A DNA stretch of 64,000 nucleotides, taken from contig CAYZQE010000001.1 of assembly GCA_964480635.1 (NCBI GenBank), positions 8,812 through 72,811 on the forward strand, written 5' to 3'. The DNA is from an uncultured Gammaproteobacteria bacterium (GTDB taxonomy: Bacteria > Pseudomonadota > Gammaproteobacteria > GCA-001735895). Both the position numbers and the translations under genes were made by a program. Below the pieces are notes generated by a model. The model was given only the letters and a program-made list of their open reading frames with translations, searched no databases and was not told the DNA's origin. Below are positions 17,910 to 27,961 of the stretch, one piece after another; position 1 is the first letter of the stretch; every line of letters starts with the position of its first letter.

Positions 17910-18818
17910 TTAAAAAAACCCAGAACTTCCGTCATCTGCATCTTTAGGTGGCATATTTTCTTCGAAAAAACCAAAGCAGGCTTCTTTACTTTTAGGCGCT
18001 AAAATAGGCATTCCAATCATTTCTGCCGAATCATTAATGACCGTGCTAGTACCAATCCATTTAATATGATGCCCTGTCTGACTTAATGTTTCTTTTAGGC
18101 TATATAGCAACTGTAAGCCTGCTGTATCAATCTTTATCATTTCATCTGCATTGATTATTATTTCTTCATCGGCTGAGATCAAACTGGCGATTTGATCCTT
18201 TACTTCAGCAACTGTTTTTATCGTGAGCTCTGAACCTAAATTAATCGCATCTTCTTTTGAAATATCTAATGTTTCCATATTTGTCGCCTCTAAAACGCTG
18301 TTATCGTCGTCAGTAAAAAAACCAAAGCCATCTTCTGATGAGGTGTCCTCTACTTTAGGGCTATTTAACTCTTCTGCAAAAAAACCAAAACCATCTTCTG
18401 CTGATGTATCTTCTGCTTTAGATGTGACTGGCTCTTCTTTAAAAAAACCAAAGCCATCTTCCGACGAGCTGCCCTCTTCTTTAGAACTCTTTGATTCTTC
18501 TGAAAAGAAGCCGAAACCATCTTCTGCTGATGTATCTTCCACCTTAGAGTCATTTGACTCTTCAGTAAATAAACCAAAGCCTTCACTGCCATCGGTATTC
18601 GTTACTTCCTTAACAGCCTTATTCTTAGCTTTCTTTTTTACTGTTTTCTTTACCGAATTTTTAGCCGCTTTCTTTACTATTTTCTCTGTCTTACTGACCG
18701 CTTTTTTAGGCTTTGATGTTTTTTCAGTTGGCTCATTTTTACCTTCTGACGCGTCAGGCTCTTTTAACCATGCTAAAGGATCATAGTCTAAAACTGATTT
18801 TTTTTTCTTTTTAACCAT
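17910..18818 (-). CDS. repeat-containing STAS-domain protein: polybasic K-rich N-terminus, five 21-aa acidic repeats with a core EDGFGFF, and a C-terminal STAS (anti-sigma-antagonist-like) domain
   Basis: The repeats are read directly from the translation. The STAS signature is 'DTAGLQLLYSL'. The C-terminal tail carries two more FGFF/GFF motifs. Confidence 0.6.
   Translation of the reverse strand: MVKKKKKSVLDYDPLAWLKEPDASEGKNEPTEKTSKPKKAVSKTEKIVKKAAKNSVKKTVKKKAKNKAVKEVTNTDGSEGFGLFTEESNDSKVEDTSAEDGFGFFSEESKSSKEEGSSSEDGFGFFKEEPVTSKAEDTSAEDGFGFFAEELNSPKVEDTSSEDGFGFFTDDDNSVLEATNMETLDISKEDAINLGSELTIKTVAEVKDQIASLISADEEIIINADEMIKIDTAGLQLLYSLKETLSQTGHHIKWIGTSTVINDSAEMIGMPILAPKSKEACFGFFEENMPPKDADDGSSGFF
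18306..18593. repeat. tandem 63-bp in-frame coding repeats (about 5 copies) encoding the EDGFGFF repeat units
   Basis: The DNA shows near-identical units ttcttctgaaaagaagccgaaaccatcttctgctgatgtatcttc and ttctgcaaaaaaaccaaaaccatcttctgctgatgtatcttc. The shadow ORFs on other frames are artefacts of this repeat. Confidence 0.7.
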
Positions 18819-18820
18819 GA

Positions 18821-19312
18821 TTATTCCATTTCAGCTATCGTTTCAAACTCTTCAGAATCCAACAAACGTTCGGAATCCACTAACATGACCATATGTTCTT
18901 CTTTAGTCACCATGCCAATGACATAATCAGTATTAATCTTACTCCCCAAACTCGGAGACACTTTAATTTCATCTCGAGTCACCGACAACACGTCTGACAC
19001 GGCGTCTACAACTATACCCATCATGTGACCATCCTCTTCACCCACTGTTAATACAATAATGACCGTTGTAGGGTGATATTCAATATCATTAAGATTAAAT
19101 CTAATTCTTAAATCAACAATAGGTACAATGCTGCCACGTAAATCTAAAACACCTTTAATAAAATCAGGCGTATTATGTAATTCCCGTATTTTTTCCCAAC
19201 CTCTAATTTCCTTAACCTTCAGAATATCTATTCCATAGTCTTCTTGACCTAAGGTAAAGGTTAAAAACTCTAGCCTTTCATTTAGGTTATCGGTTTGATT
19301 TTGCTCTGACAT
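18821..19312 (-). CDS. cheW: chemotaxis coupling protein CheW
   Basis: It is 163 aa with a CheW-like domain (TFTLGQEDYGIDILKVKEIRG...GVLDLRGSIVPIVDLR). Confidence 0.9.
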   Translation of the reverse strand: MSEQNQTDNLNERLEFLTFTLGQEDYGIDILKVKEIRGWEKIRELHNTPDFIKGVLDLRGSIVPIVDLRIRFNLNDIEYHPTTVIIVLTVGEEDGHMMGIVVDAVSDVLSVTRDEIKVSPSLGSKINTDYVIGMVTKEEHMVMLVDSERLLDSEEFETIAEME

Positions 19313-19318
19313 AATTTA

Positions 19319-21883
19319 CTAACCTTTTATTTTTTGCTCAATCGACGTAAGGTTTGCCACCACTTGCGTTGAGCATACAGTTACTTTGTTATATAGGTTT
19401 TCTGCGCTATCGCAATCGCCACCTTCCTTTGCATCAATAATAGCTGAAATATAGCTGTGCATTTCTTTATGCGTTTTTTCCATATCCAGCAATTCTTGAT
19501 GCTCGCCATAAACTCTTAAGCCATCGGCATACAACCATTTACCTAAATCGCAATGTCTATGTGACACGGCCTGCTCTTGTGTTAACTCTTCTTTATCATC
19601 TAGAAATTTTCTTAGTCGTTCTTTCCATGCTAAGTGCTTCGTTTTAGCTAATTTAAAGTCTAAGGTACTTGTGGCAACTGCTTTAACAATATCTGTTTTA
19701 AAGAACTGCATTTGGCCATTCATGGTATTCGACTGCTCAGACATATGTGTACTGGCTGCTGACGCTTCTTCTGCTAAAGCGGCATTTTGCTGTGTTAAAT
19801 CATCAAGGCCGGTTAGGGCTTTACTAACTTGATCAACCCCTGTTGATTGCTCGGCACTAGCCGCTGCAATTTCACCAACAATATCGCTTACTTTTTTTAC
19901 ACCTAAAACAATGTGACCTAATGTTTCACCTGATTCATTCACTAAGTCAGAACCTGCTTTCACCTTATTAACACTATCTTGAATTAACTCTTTAATTTCT
20001 TTTGCAGCGGTTGCTGAACGCTGTGCTAAATTACGCACTTCAGTTGCTACAACTGCAAAACCACGGCCTTGATCACCGGCTCTAGCAGCTTCTACACTCG
20101 CATTAAGCGCCAACAAATTAGTTTGAAAAGCAATTTCGTCAATGACGCTAATAATTTCTGCTATTTTACTACTCGATTGGTTAATCTCTTCCATCGCATT
20201 AATAGCATCAGCAACCACATGACCACCCTTATCTGCAGTGTCCCCTGCTTCTGCTGCTAATTGGTTTGCTTGCGCGGCATTACCCGCGTTTTGTTTTACT
20301 GTCGAAGTTATTTCTTCCATGCTTGCCGCCACTTCTTCTAGTGCAGTTGCTTGCTGCTCTGTACGGTTTGATAAATTATTGTTACCCGAAGCAATTTCTT
20401 GCGAGGAATTATTAATCTGATTCGATGAATCCCTAATGCCATTCACGATATCTCTTAATTTAACAATCGTCTTATTCACATTATCTTTAACTTCACCGAA
20501 CACACCATCATAAGCTCGATCAATCGTTTGCCCTAGATTACCACCAGCAACGCCTGACATAACTTGATTAACATCTGCAAAGGTTGCTTCTAACACATCC
20601 AACATTTCATTTAAGTTAACTGATAAATTTTTGAAAAAACCAACCTGGCTAGTCGCATTCAGTCGCGAACTTAAATTACCCGATTGAGCAGCAACCACTA
20701 GATGCTCAATCTCTTTTTCAAAATTACGCTCAATTGTTAAATCACGCCACTCCAAGATAGTGCCAACGCGCTGGCCATCTTGAATCACGGGACTCGAATT
20801 AATACTTAATACTCGACGACCTAATGACTTTTCTTCTGTATGACTATTTTTTAATCCATCTAATAATCGACGTTGTTTTACCGCATCATTATAAAAGATG
20901 TCTAAAGGTGTGCCCAAAAGTTTTTCGGCATTAAAGCCTGTTACTTGCTGAGAAATATCGTCAGTCGCATCTTTAAACATCGACTTAATCGTTTCATTTA
21001 AATAGATAATATTATAATTTTGATCAACTAACATAACGTTCGATCCCGCATTATCTAACGCTGATTGAATACGCTGGCCAGCTGTTGCTTTTTCACGCGC
21101 ATCCATCACATCAAAGCCTAAACGCACTTGCAATGTAAACAACCGTCTTAATAAACTACCCATATCATCTTTACGAGAAATATCAGTCCAGTTAAAATAT
21201 TCTCCTCGACTTATCTCTGATATTTTATCGTATAGATAGTCCATTGGTTTACTGATTTTTTTTACTAAAAAAATACCTAAGACCAAAAAGATAATCGCTA
21301 AACCTAACATTAGCTGAGCGACAAATATCACCTCGACCCCCCTCATCAATAGGATACTCATGAGTAACATGACGAGAGAGAAAAAACCGACTCCAATATA
21401 TTGAAGACCAACAGATGATAACGACTGAAACTTTTCTATTAACGCACCAAAGCCTGTTTTTGTTAAAGTTTCTTGGCCTGAATTAACCTGTTGATAAAGC
21501 TTTTCTGCATCGCTTATCTGTTGGTCTGTAGGTCGTGTTCTTACTGACATATACTCAACAATACTGCCATCCTGATAAATAGGCGACACATTGGCATTAA
21601 CCCAATAATAATCACCATTTTTAGCCCTATTTTTAATGGGTGCTGTCCATGGGATTTTCTTATTAAGATCATCCCATAAAGATTGAAATGCTTCTGATGG
21701 CATGTCTGGGTGTCGTACTAAATTATGATTCTTACCCATCAATTCGTCATAACTAAACCCACTAATTTCCATGAATTCTTTATTACAATAGGTAATAACC
21801 CCTTTTAAATTTGTTTTTGAAACCAAAATAGACCCTTCACGCATTTTGACTTCGTTATTCGTTACTGGCTCATTAACTTTCAT
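19319..21883 (-). CDS. methyl-accepting chemotaxis protein with an Aer-type N-terminal PAS (FAD) domain, TM hairpin, HAMP, second PAS, MA domain and a C-terminal CZB (chemoreceptor zinc-binding) domain
   Basis: The N-terminus ([33 protein letters not shown]...[16 protein letters not shown]) closely matches the E. coli Aer PAS. The MA tip is [30 protein letters not shown]. The C-terminus ([11 protein letters not shown]...H...H) is a CZB motif. Confidence 0.85.
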   Translation of the reverse strand: MKVNEPVTNNEVKMREGSILVSKTNLKGVITYCNKEFMEISGFSYDELMGKNHNLVRHPDMPSEAFQSLWDDLNKKIPWTAPIKNRAKNGDYYWVNANVSPIYQDGSIVEYMSVRTRPTDQQISDAEKLYQQVNSGQETLTKTGFGALIEKFQSLSSVGLQYIGVGFFSLVMLLMSILLMRGVEVIFVAQLMLGLAIIFLVLGIFLVKKISKPMDYLYDKISEISRGEYFNWTDISRKDDMGSLLRRLFTLQVRLGFDVMDAREKATAGQRIQSALDNAGSNVMLVDQNYNIIYLNETIKSMFKDATDDISQQVTGFNAEKLLGTPLDIFYNDAVKQRRLLDGLKNSHTEEKSLGRRVLSINSSPVIQDGQRVGTILEWRDLTIERNFEKEIEHLVVAAQSGNLSSRLNATSQVGFFKNLSVNLNEMLDVLEATFADVNQVMSGVAGGNLGQTIDRAYDGVFGEVKDNVNKTIVKLRDIVNGIRDSSNQINNSSQEIASGNNNLSNRTEQQATALEEVAASMEEITSTVKQNAGNAAQANQLAAEAGDTADKGGHVVADAINAMEEINQSSSKIAEIISVIDEIAFQTNLLALNASVEAARAGDQGRGFAVVATEVRNLAQRSATAAKEIKELIQDSVNKVKAGSDLVNESGETLGHIVLGVKKVSDIVGEIAAASAEQSTGVDQVSKALTGLDDLTQQNAALAEEASAASTHMSEQSNTMNGQMQFFKTDIVKAVATSTLDFKLAKTKHLAWKERLRKFLDDKEELTQEQAVSHRHCDLGKWLYADGLRVYGEHQELLDMEKTHKEMHSYISAIIDAKEGGDCDSAENLYNKVTVCSTQVVANLTSIEQKIKG

Positions 21884-21908
21884 TCTTTAAATTCCTTAGA
21901 GTTAATTA

Positions 21909-24641
21909 TTAGAATTCATCCCAATCATCAGATGATTGTAAATCTATTCCTTTTTTGGCTACTGAATTTTTTGTTTCTATTTCGGGCTGCTTCTTTTCTG
22001 ACGGCTTCTTTTCTGGCTCTTCATCAAAAATCATTGGCTCATTAAAATGTACCCTTTTATTGTCTACATTTCCGCTGTCATCAATTTTAAAGAAGCTGAC
22101 ATCTTGTTGCATAATTGAAGACCGTTCTGACAAATTAATACTTGCTGCCGTCACTTCTTCCGCTAAAGTCGCATTTTGTTGAGTGAGCGTATCCATTGAT
22201 GTGATGGCAATATTGACTTCTTGAATGCCTTTTGATTGCTCTTCACTGGCTGCCGCGATTTCAGAAATAATGTCTACCACCTTTCTCACGCCAGTTTCAA
22301 TGTCAGCTAGCGATTGCCCTGAGTCATTGACAAGTTTTGACCCTGCTTCCACCTTAATAACACTATCGTTTATTAACTCTTTAATTTCTTTTGCTGCGGT
22401 TGCAGAACGTTGCGCTAAATTTCGAACTTCTGTTGCAACGACGGCAAAACCCCTGCCTTGATCACCCGCTCTTGCAGCTTCTACACTAGCATTCAGTGCT
22501 AATAAATTTGTTTGGAAAGCAATTTCATCAATCACACCGATTATGTCGGCAATCTTTGTGCTTGATTCATTAATCTGTGCCATCGCATCAATGGCATCAT
22601 GAATAACACTGCCACCCTCTTGAGCTATATGTTGGGCTTCTTTTGCTAAACCATTTGCCATTATTGAATTAGACGTATTTTCAGACACAGTTGCTGTTAA
22701 TTCAGCAATACTCGCGGCGGTTTCTTCTAAGGCTGCGGCTTGCTGCTCAGAGCGCATCGATAGATTTCCGTTACCTTCCGCGATCTCATTAGAAATTCCA
22801 TCAATCACACTGGCGCTGGTAATAATTTTTTTGGTTATTTCACGTAAATTGATGACGGTCTTAGCGGCTGCTTGCTCAACTTTGCCAAAAATGCCGACAT
22901 TGACTTCATTAACATCCTTTGTTAAATCACCTTTTGCGAGTGTTTGCATGGATTCGTTTAATGAATTTAAGGCGTTTTCGACAATGACTAATAGCTCATT
23001 AGTATTTGAGCTTAAGGTTGCAAAGAAACCTGTTTTATTAGACAAATCAATTTTAGTCGCTAAGTCACCCCCCATAGCAAGAGATACAACATTAGCAATC
23101 TCTGACTCCATAGAAATCTCTAAGGTTTTATCTTGAATTTCATAAACCTTACCAAGTAACTCTCCATCATCTGCAAAAATTTTATTTGAAGTAACCAATA
23201 AGGTATTACCCTGATATAACACTTTTTGTTTATCACATTCTTCATGCTCACTCAGAAAAACATCATGTGTTAACACACTACTTGCTGCGCCATTTTCTAG
23301 TGACAATTGATCAACTTTGTCATACAACTCTTGAGCCATGTTATTAACATAAACCACTTTATTTTTATTATCTATAACCAGAACATTCCCAGAAATGCTA
23401 TCTAATGCTGTTTTTACTCGTGCATTTTCACGTGAAATTAAACGCTCAGTATCAATACTGTCTTTCAATTCCTTTTGCATATGACCCAACGACTTGAAGA
23501 GTTGCCCAAATTCATCAGTCGATTTAACTATAATATTGTTATTTAAATTTCCTTTAGCAATTTCTTTGGCCAAACTAACCGCCCAATTTAATGAATGTGT
23601 AATCAAACGACTTAAGAACCAAGCGATCAAAAGCGCCATGACTATCACTACAACTAACACTATATAAAATTGTTTTGATTGAGCAGTGTAAATATTGTCA
23701 ACGTGTTCTTGGGCTAGCGATATGTTTTCTTTTTGACGATAAATTAATGCGTCTATTTTTTCTTTTATGCTCAGTAATAAGGGTGTGACTTGCGTTTTTA
23801 CAATGTAAGCGTCTTGACGCCATTTATCACTATTATGAAGCTCAATTAACTGACCAAAATTATTCATGAATTGTGTTTTTAAAGCTATAAATTGCTCTAA
23901 AGAGTCTGATTGATCTAAAGTTAATAAGTCATCATCATTTTGTAGTACCAACAACCTTTCGACCATAGCATCAACATTGCTGCTATATAACTTAATATTA
24001 TCAATAGCCGCGGGGGCTTTGAAGGCTAAAAATAAACGTAATTCAGTCATCACACTGGCCCAGCTATACCTTAATTTATGAATTAAAGTTATCACCTCTT
24101 TTCGCTCTTCAATGTATTCTTCTTCGTCTTCAGAGCTTAGCATTTGCCCTAATAACTGTAACAGCTCCCTATTTAAAGGGTTAATTTTTTCTTGGGCAAA
24201 GCCCACTGCCAAAATATTGAGATTATTGTCTTTCGATAAGGCCAACAACCTGGGTTTAATTTTTTGAATGGCCTCAACGTCAACGGCTATTTTATTGATT
24301 AATTCGACAGATTGTTGATCAGCCGCTATTGCCTTTTCTTTTTTTAGTGACTTCATGGTGATCGTGATACGGTTTAAACCCACCACAAAACTTTGTTCTT
24401 TATCCGCATCACCGGTCAGTAAATAAATACCCATCGCTCCAAAAACAGCTTCTATTTGGGCATTTAAAAGGCCTGCTTTTTCGACAGCCACTTGATTTTC
24501 AGTAGACACTGTTTGAAAGGTTTCATACACCAAATTTAAACTATTATTAGAACTGACGGCTTTTAGCACAAAAATACTAACGACCACCATAAAGCCTAAA
24601 GAAATTTTATATCGGATTGATAAATTATTAAAAAATTGCAT
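21909..24641 (-). CDS. methyl-accepting chemotaxis protein (910 aa): periplasmic sensor domain, HAMP, PAS, MA domain, and a C-terminal DDWDEF pentapeptide-like tail
   Basis: Two TM helices flank an approximately 300-aa periplasmic region. The MA tip is conserved. The protein ends in ...SSDDWDEF. Confidence 0.85.
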   Translation of the reverse strand: MQFFNNLSIRYKISLGFMVVVSIFVLKAVSSNNSLNLVYETFQTVSTENQVAVEKAGLLNAQIEAVFGAMGIYLLTGDADKEQSFVVGLNRITITMKSLKKEKAIAADQQSVELINKIAVDVEAIQKIKPRLLALSKDNNLNILAVGFAQEKINPLNRELLQLLGQMLSSEDEEEYIEERKEVITLIHKLRYSWASVMTELRLFLAFKAPAAIDNIKLYSSNVDAMVERLLVLQNDDDLLTLDQSDSLEQFIALKTQFMNNFGQLIELHNSDKWRQDAYIVKTQVTPLLLSIKEKIDALIYRQKENISLAQEHVDNIYTAQSKQFYIVLVVVIVMALLIAWFLSRLITHSLNWAVSLAKEIAKGNLNNNIIVKSTDEFGQLFKSLGHMQKELKDSIDTERLISRENARVKTALDSISGNVLVIDNKNKVVYVNNMAQELYDKVDQLSLENGAASSVLTHDVFLSEHEECDKQKVLYQGNTLLVTSNKIFADDGELLGKVYEIQDKTLEISMESEIANVVSLAMGGDLATKIDLSNKTGFFATLSSNTNELLVIVENALNSLNESMQTLAKGDLTKDVNEVNVGIFGKVEQAAAKTVINLREITKKIITSASVIDGISNEIAEGNGNLSMRSEQQAAALEETAASIAELTATVSENTSNSIMANGLAKEAQHIAQEGGSVIHDAIDAMAQINESSTKIADIIGVIDEIAFQTNLLALNASVEAARAGDQGRGFAVVATEVRNLAQRSATAAKEIKELINDSVIKVEAGSKLVNDSGQSLADIETGVRKVVDIISEIAAASEEQSKGIQEVNIAITSMDTLTQQNATLAEEVTAASINLSERSSIMQQDVSFFKIDDSGNVDNKRVHFNEPMIFDEEPEKKPSEKKQPEIETKNSVAKKGIDLQSSDDWDEF

Positions 24642-24674
24642 GAATTAAATCTCTCTCATCCTACTTATTATGAC

Positions 24675-27389
24675 TTAAAATTCTTCCCATTCATCAGCCG
24701 CAGGAGCAGATGGCTCTGGTATCGCTACTGGTGACGAAGTGGGCTTTGATTCACTAGAGGGTGCCTCTTTTTTCAGAGCAGAAGGTGCTTTTAAACTAGT
24801 CTGCGCATCAGATTCAGTTAATTTAAAGTACGTCATTTGCTCTAACATATCATTGGCTCCCTGTGTCATATTGACACTGGCTGCCGATGTTTCTTCTGCT
24901 AACGCTGCATTTTGTTGCGTCATCTCATCCATACTGGCTACCGCAGTATTCGCTTGTTCAATACCCGCTGTTTGCTCTTCACTGGCTGCTGCAATTTCGC
25001 CGACAATATCGCCTACTTTTTTAATGCCTTGAACAATTTCATCCAATGTTTCACCTGATTCATTCACCAAAGAAGAACCAATTTCTACTTTTTTAACACT
25101 ATCTTGAATGAGTTCTTTAATCTCTTTTGCAGCAGTTGCTGAACGTTGCGCTAAATTTCTAACCTCGGTTGCCACAACAGCAAAGCCTCTACCTTGCTCA
25201 CCAGCGCGGGCAGCCTCAACACTCGCATTAAGGGCTAATAGATTAGTTTGGAAGGCAATTTCATCAATCACTCCAATAATTTCTGCAATTTTGTTACTTG
25301 AACTATTGATTTCAGTCATCGCCTTAATCGCGCCTTCTACAACATCACCACCTTTATTGGCAACTTCTCTTGCCGATGCTGCTAAAATATTAGCTTGTTG
25401 TGCGTTATCTGAATTTTGCTTTACGATTGAGGTCAATTCTTCCATGCTGGCAGCGGTTTCTTCAAGAGCACTGGCTTGCTGATCTGTACGACCTGAAAGA
25501 CTATTATTACCCGAGGCTATTTCTGTTGATGCATTGGTCAAATCTGACGTAGAACTGCGTATTTCTCCAATCACTCGGGCAAATTGAACAATGGTTTCAT
25601 TCACATGATCGCTGACCTCGCCAAATGTTCCGCCATAATTATTTTCTATGTGTTTGGTTAAGTCACCGTGAGACAGTGCTGACATGACATTTTTAATGTC
25701 ATCTAATGTATTAGAAATTTCGGCAACCATGTCATTAATACCTTCACTTAAATTAAGGAAGAAACCTGATTTGCCTTGAGTTGCAATGCGTTGATCTAAA
25801 TCACCAGATTTAGCGGCGACTACTATTTGTTCGATTTCTTTTTCGACATTAACTTCTATTGTTCTATCTTCCCATTCCACTACGGTACCAATACGCTCAC
25901 CGTCATCACTCACAACAGGGTTCGCAATAAATCGCATATTATGACCGCCAACAAGAAAATCAGCTTCATGACGCGACTCTAACATTTTAACCAAGCCTCT
26001 TTGGTAACTTGACTCTTTATTAAAAATATCCATATTTGAGCCAACCAAGCTATCAACTGAAAATGCGGGTAAATCTTTAACAATACCTTCTTCTGCATTT
26101 CTAAACATAGAAATAGCAGCATCGTTCATATAAATAATGTCATTTTTTTGATTCACGAGCATGACATTTGCGCTGACATTATCGAGAGCCTGTCTAATAC
26201 GTGAATTCTCTCGACTAATGACCGCATCACTTTCAATGCGCTCTTTAAGGCCTGTTTGCATCGTCTTTAACGAGCCCAACATATTACCCAATTCATCCGT
26301 ACTATTGACGGTGATAGCCCCTGTTAAATCACCCTTAGCTATTTTTTGTACCATATTTAATGCACTAGCAACCGACTCTCTAATGCCTTTTTGGACGATA
26401 TAACCTAAAAACAATGTAATCAGAATTGAAAAAATAGACACTAATGCCGCTGAAATCAATGTCGAGCTTGCTGTATCGCCCATTTCTTTTGATTTATTAA
26501 TTAATGATGTCGTTAAGCTATCTGCAACTTTATTTAATAAATTGATTTTTCCAGTTTGCTGCTGAACCCATTCATCTGGCTCTATGCCAAAAGCACCGTA
26601 ATCTGATGCTTCAAAGGCCTTAGCCCTCATTGCGGCCGTTTTATCAACATATTCACCAACCATTGTGGCGATATAAAGTTCTTTTTGTTGAGCGCTTGCC
26701 AACGAAAGGTAAACGCTTTCATAAACATTTTGCCCGTTGACCGCATTATTAAAATCTGAAAAATTAGCACCTACAAATTGATCGTTTTTAAACACTTGGG
26801 CAAGCACTTTACGCTCTGTAATGGCTAAACTTTTTATGTGTAAAAAATTAGAATAAGATGCCGAAATAATCGCGGCTTCTTTACTGGGGCTCATGGCGGG
26901 TAATAAGCCAATCACATCAAGTAAACTTGAGCTCAGTTGCTTATAAAATGCTGCCGCTTTATTGCGTTTTAATTTTTTATTGTTAATAGCGCTGCGCTTA
27001 TCGTCAATAGTTGCTAACATTTCTTGAGAGCTAGCAACTTGTGCGCTAAAGACATCCGTTACTGCATTATTATCTATGTCATTTAAGGCACCTTTTAGAT
27101 TACTAATGGCTTTATTAGTGTTGCCTCGAGCATTCTCTATTTCTTCGCCAAACTTTTTACCTCTGGCTCTTTGGTACTTTTCGGTAATATTTTTTTCAAT
27201 AACCAATACATCCAATAGCTTATTCGTTGCAATAGCCATTTCAATTAAATTGCTCATCGCCGCAGCTTCTGACGCTGTGTTTTGTGCATTTAGAAACTGT
27301 TTACCCGAAAAAAATACTAAGCTAACTAATGGAATGATTAACATCAATCCTAGTTTTTTACCCAATTTCATATTATTAATTAAATTCAC
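24675..27389 (-). CDS. methyl-accepting chemotaxis protein (904 aa): large periplasmic sensor (NIT-like?), HAMP, PAS, MA domain, and a C-terminal ADEWEEF tail
   Basis: Its architecture resembles the preceding MCP. It ends in ...PAADEWEEF, which resembles the GWEEF CheR-tethering pentapeptide of Pseudomonas McpB/Aer2. Confidence 0.85.
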   Translation of the reverse strand: MNLINNMKLGKKLGLMLIIPLVSLVFFSGKQFLNAQNTASEAAAMSNLIEMAIATNKLLDVLVIEKNITEKYQRARGKKFGEEIENARGNTNKAISNLKGALNDIDNNAVTDVFSAQVASSQEMLATIDDKRSAINNKKLKRNKAAAFYKQLSSSLLDVIGLLPAMSPSKEAAIISASYSNFLHIKSLAITERKVLAQVFKNDQFVGANFSDFNNAVNGQNVYESVYLSLASAQQKELYIATMVGEYVDKTAAMRAKAFEASDYGAFGIEPDEWVQQQTGKINLLNKVADSLTTSLINKSKEMGDTASSTLISAALVSIFSILITLFLGYIVQKGIRESVASALNMVQKIAKGDLTGAITVNSTDELGNMLGSLKTMQTGLKERIESDAVISRENSRIRQALDNVSANVMLVNQKNDIIYMNDAAISMFRNAEEGIVKDLPAFSVDSLVGSNMDIFNKESSYQRGLVKMLESRHEADFLVGGHNMRFIANPVVSDDGERIGTVVEWEDRTIEVNVEKEIEQIVVAAKSGDLDQRIATQGKSGFFLNLSEGINDMVAEISNTLDDIKNVMSALSHGDLTKHIENNYGGTFGEVSDHVNETIVQFARVIGEIRSSTSDLTNASTEIASGNNSLSGRTDQQASALEETAASMEELTSIVKQNSDNAQQANILAASAREVANKGGDVVEGAIKAMTEINSSSNKIAEIIGVIDEIAFQTNLLALNASVEAARAGEQGRGFAVVATEVRNLAQRSATAAKEIKELIQDSVKKVEIGSSLVNESGETLDEIVQGIKKVGDIVGEIAAASEEQTAGIEQANTAVASMDEMTQQNAALAEETSAASVNMTQGANDMLEQMTYFKLTESDAQTSLKAPSALKKEAPSSESKPTSSPVAIPEPSAPAADEWEEF

Positions 27390-27449
27390 TCTTCCACCTT
27401 TCTTACTTTAAGTTTTTACTTTTTTGTATTATATTTTCATGACTGAGTT

Positions 27450-27959
27450 CTATTCTTCTTCTATCTCAACAACTTCATCATATAAATCAGGTGATTTTAA
27501 AAATTCAACGGCATCAAACAGCATGACCATTTGTCCATCTGAATCAGCTAGACCCTTTATAAAGTCAACATCAATACGGTCTGAAAACTCTGGAGTTTTT
27601 CTTATTTTACTTTTTTCAGCATTCAGAACATCTGAAACAGCATCAACAACAATACCTGCAATACGCTCTTTTTCTTGAACTTCGCCTCGCAAAATAATTA
27701 AGACTGTTGTTGCTTCATAAGTCACATGCTCACAATGGCTTTTCATTCTCATATCAACGATGGGGACTGCTGTACCACGCAAATTAAGAACGCCTTTGAT
27801 ATATTTTGGTGTATTAGGAACTCGGGCTACCGACTCCCATCCTCTTATTTCTTGAACACTCAGTAATTTAACACCATATATTGACTCACCAACTGTATAG
27901 GTTAGATATTGTTCAAAGTCTTCATTTTGAGATAAATCCTGGGTTGCTTCTTCACTCAT
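27450..27959 (-). CDS. cheW: chemotaxis coupling protein CheW
   Basis: It is 169 aa with a CheW-like domain. Confidence 0.9.
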   Translation of the reverse strand: MSEEATQDLSQNEDFEQYLTYTVGESIYGVKLLSVQEIRGWESVARVPNTPKYIKGVLNLRGTAVPIVDMRMKSHCEHVTYEATTVLIILRGEVQEKERIAGIVVDAVSDVLNAEKSKIRKTPEFSDRIDVDFIKGLADSDGQMVMLFDAVEFLKSPDLYDEVVEIEEE

Positions 27960-27961
27960 TG

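Noticed and set aside
18306-18593. The tandem repeats were considered as a possible CRISPR-like array.
   Set aside because: The repeats are in-frame 63-bp coding repeats with no spacer structure. No cas genes are present in the window.
18223-18786. A 187-aa plus-strand ORF and a 75-aa minus-strand ORF overlap the STAS-repeat gene.
   Set aside because: They are low-complexity shadow frames generated by the 63-bp tandem coding repeats (KPKPSS repeats). They have no RBS and lie antisense or out of frame to a well-supported gene.
22831-25482. Several 75-125-aa ORFs are antisense to the MCP genes (for example 22831-23136 and 25108-25482).
   Set aside because: They are typical antisense open frames inside long Ala/Ser-rich MA-domain coding regions. 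Their composition is Ala/Ser/Leu junk and they have no start-site signals.
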